Below, one piece after another: positions 62,301 to 64,000 of a stretch of DNA of 64,000 nt. How positions within the stretch are numbered: the first letter of the stretch is position 1; every line of letters begins with the position of its first letter. The DNA comes from Phallusia mammillata (Eukaryota): NCBI GenBank assembly GCA_965637545.1, contig OZ281495.1:8060001-8124000 (forward strand). Direction: 5' to 3'. The position numbers were made by a program, and so were the translations under genes. The notes under the pieces were generated by a model. The model worked only from the letters and a program-made list of their open reading frames with translations, was not told where the DNA came from and made no database searches.

Positions 62301-64000
62301 TTTGTATGTTACACATTTGTTAGAAAATTCTGAAACAAACACATTGAAAATAGAATTAATTAACCTATTGCATACTACAAGTGTTTCTTGTTATCCATTC
62401 TAGTTTGGACTGTACGTTTGCAGGATAGGCAAAAAACGGATAATTGCATTTATACTGTTTTAAACCAAATATACAGCGTTTCTTTAACAGATAAAATGAT
62501 TCGTCCAATTCTACCGTTGAAAATGCAGCAATCCTTTAAATATAAAGCGATTCAAAAATTGCAAGATATGAATTCGTTTTTCCAATTAAAATAAACAACG
62601 TGTTGCGTAAAATACGAAGCTGCACTTTATATTTTACCACATTTCCCATTCAAAAACGGTTTATAAGCCGACTGCATAATTAAGTGACGGTTAAACGAGT
62701 TTCGCAAAATCAAGGAAGCCCTGCATTACCATGCGTCGTGTTACGAACTAAGTTAAGCAATTTATACGCTAATAACATTTGTTACACAAATTGGTCAAAG
62801 TGATTTGTTTCACAGAGTTGCTTCAGAATAGTTTAACCAACTCCAGCTACGAAATGCAATCAATTTCAAACGACTTGCGTGACATGAAAGGTAAACTAAC
62901 TTAAATGATACTTTGCTGTATTTTGTTTCGTATTTATTTCTTTGACTGTTGCAAGGTGTTGACCTAAGCATAATAAATAAATGCAGACATTTTTAAACAA
63001 TACGTACTAATGTAATTGCAGTAAATAGATTTTTTTCAAAGGAAGTACTTTTAAAAGCTATTACAGTAACCCATATTTCAGTGTCAAGCTTTTTTAGGCA
63101 CTGCAAATGAGTTATTGAGCTTGATGCAAAATGTGACTTTCAATTTCACCAAACAACTACCAATCGCTGATGAGCAGTCGAACTTGATTCTTCAATCACT
63201 TGAAAATATCTCTCTAGCTACAGCAAGTTCAGAGAAATATATTAAAGGTAATGTCGTTAACTCTTATTATCCTATGACGTTAGTGGTTACGTCAATGTTT
63301 CCCTTTTGTTGCGTGCCCATATAAGGCAAAATGGTTATGCTTTAGGGCAAAATGTTTTTGCACTGATAATAACACAGGGATTGTTTGCAGTAAACATTTT
63401 TTTTTACTATATACAAAGGTCTTTGCCACTTTTATTTCGATTAAGCTATTAACGTTACTGTCTGTGTTCTCAAACGACAATGTGATTCGTTTGTCCATAA
63501 AAAACTGACAGTTTTCAATCGTTAAAAGTCACGCAATTAAACTACCTAATTTGTAAACACATAAAGAGTTGTTTAAGTAAGCGTTAATTCGAGAAACAAC
63601 AATAAAATTGTTTTTGGCACTTGCCCATTGGAGTGCATGGACAAAAATAAAAATATAAGTCATGCCTATTTTCTCTCTAAACATTCCAATCAATCCCGGA
63701 AATAAACGCCACAGGGGATACAATTGCATGTGGCACGAGTGTCGCTGCAAACTGATAAAACCACAATTAGCTTACATACTTGTTCGTGTTTTTCAGCTTT
63801 GCAAACCAATTTGGTGAAACAAACCAACGTTTCAATCATGGGAAGTCAGTCGGTGGAGAATAGTTTAAATTTGTTGAAAGGTGAGGTTAAAAAAGAAACA
63901 AATGCCCAATAAAAAGCTTTTTTTTATTTTTGCAGAAGAGTTGAAGCACAACATTACCTCGATATCTATCAATGTTAACGCTTTGCAAGCCCAACACACC
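59396..64000 (+). CDS. Gene F: type-2 (Tyr-less tail) type II membrane protein with a long repeat stalk; 3' end beyond the window
   Basis: Exons 59396-59450 (MATSDNDTPGIPMDFLRN), 59883-60043 (ETDQGICEIKHNETREKKLMEALKSVQRNLKLMWLCLLSMLMIFAVGFIALYFS), 60369-60402, 60683-60757, 61114-61188, probable 61381-61434, 61537-61599, 61728-61802, 62816-62890, 63098-63247, 63797-63880, 63936-64000+; all stop-free; stalk exons phase 1/1. Confidence 0.85.
62058..62161. mobile_element. Short hAT-type MITE
   Basis: TIRs cagtag(t/c)tctcaaac; TSD ttttaatg/cgttaatg; related to 20790-21004. Confidence 0.7.

Overview
AT-rich, intron-containing animal genomic DNA. The compact introns and dense hAT MITEs look ascidian-like, but the species cannot be established from sequence. 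The supplied ORF track is almost all noise; the real genes are multi-exon and were reconstructed by hand from GT-AG junctions and phase continuity. The window is a tandem cluster (+ strand) of type II single-pass membrane proteins built on one chassis: a 55-nt exon 1 (cytoplasmic tail), a 140-161-nt exon 2 (juxtamembrane + TM ending ..F-S), a 31-34-nt exon 3, a variable number of phase-1/phase-1 coiled-coil-like stalk exons, then a C-terminal head that differs between paralogs. The head is a MAM domain in gene B (gene A, 5'-truncated, has the same MAM exons) and an unrecognised ~225-aa Tyr/Gly-rich domain in genes C, D and E. Gene F has a very long repeat stalk running off the window. Two tail classes alternate: type-1 carries a tyrosine motif assembled across the exon 1/2 junction (YENV, SYYENI, YETV); type-2 has no cytoplasmic Tyr and is disabled in 3 of 4 copies. 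C and D show a mosaic of near-identical ectodomain but diverged tail/TM exons. Also present: three disabled WSC-like genes, a DUF4806-like relic, Gypsy, hAT and Penelope-like (GIY-YIG) relics, a tRNA-derived SINE and many MITEs. Overall this looks like an undescribed, fast-evolving, immune-type receptor family with exchangeable heads; function is inferred, not shown.
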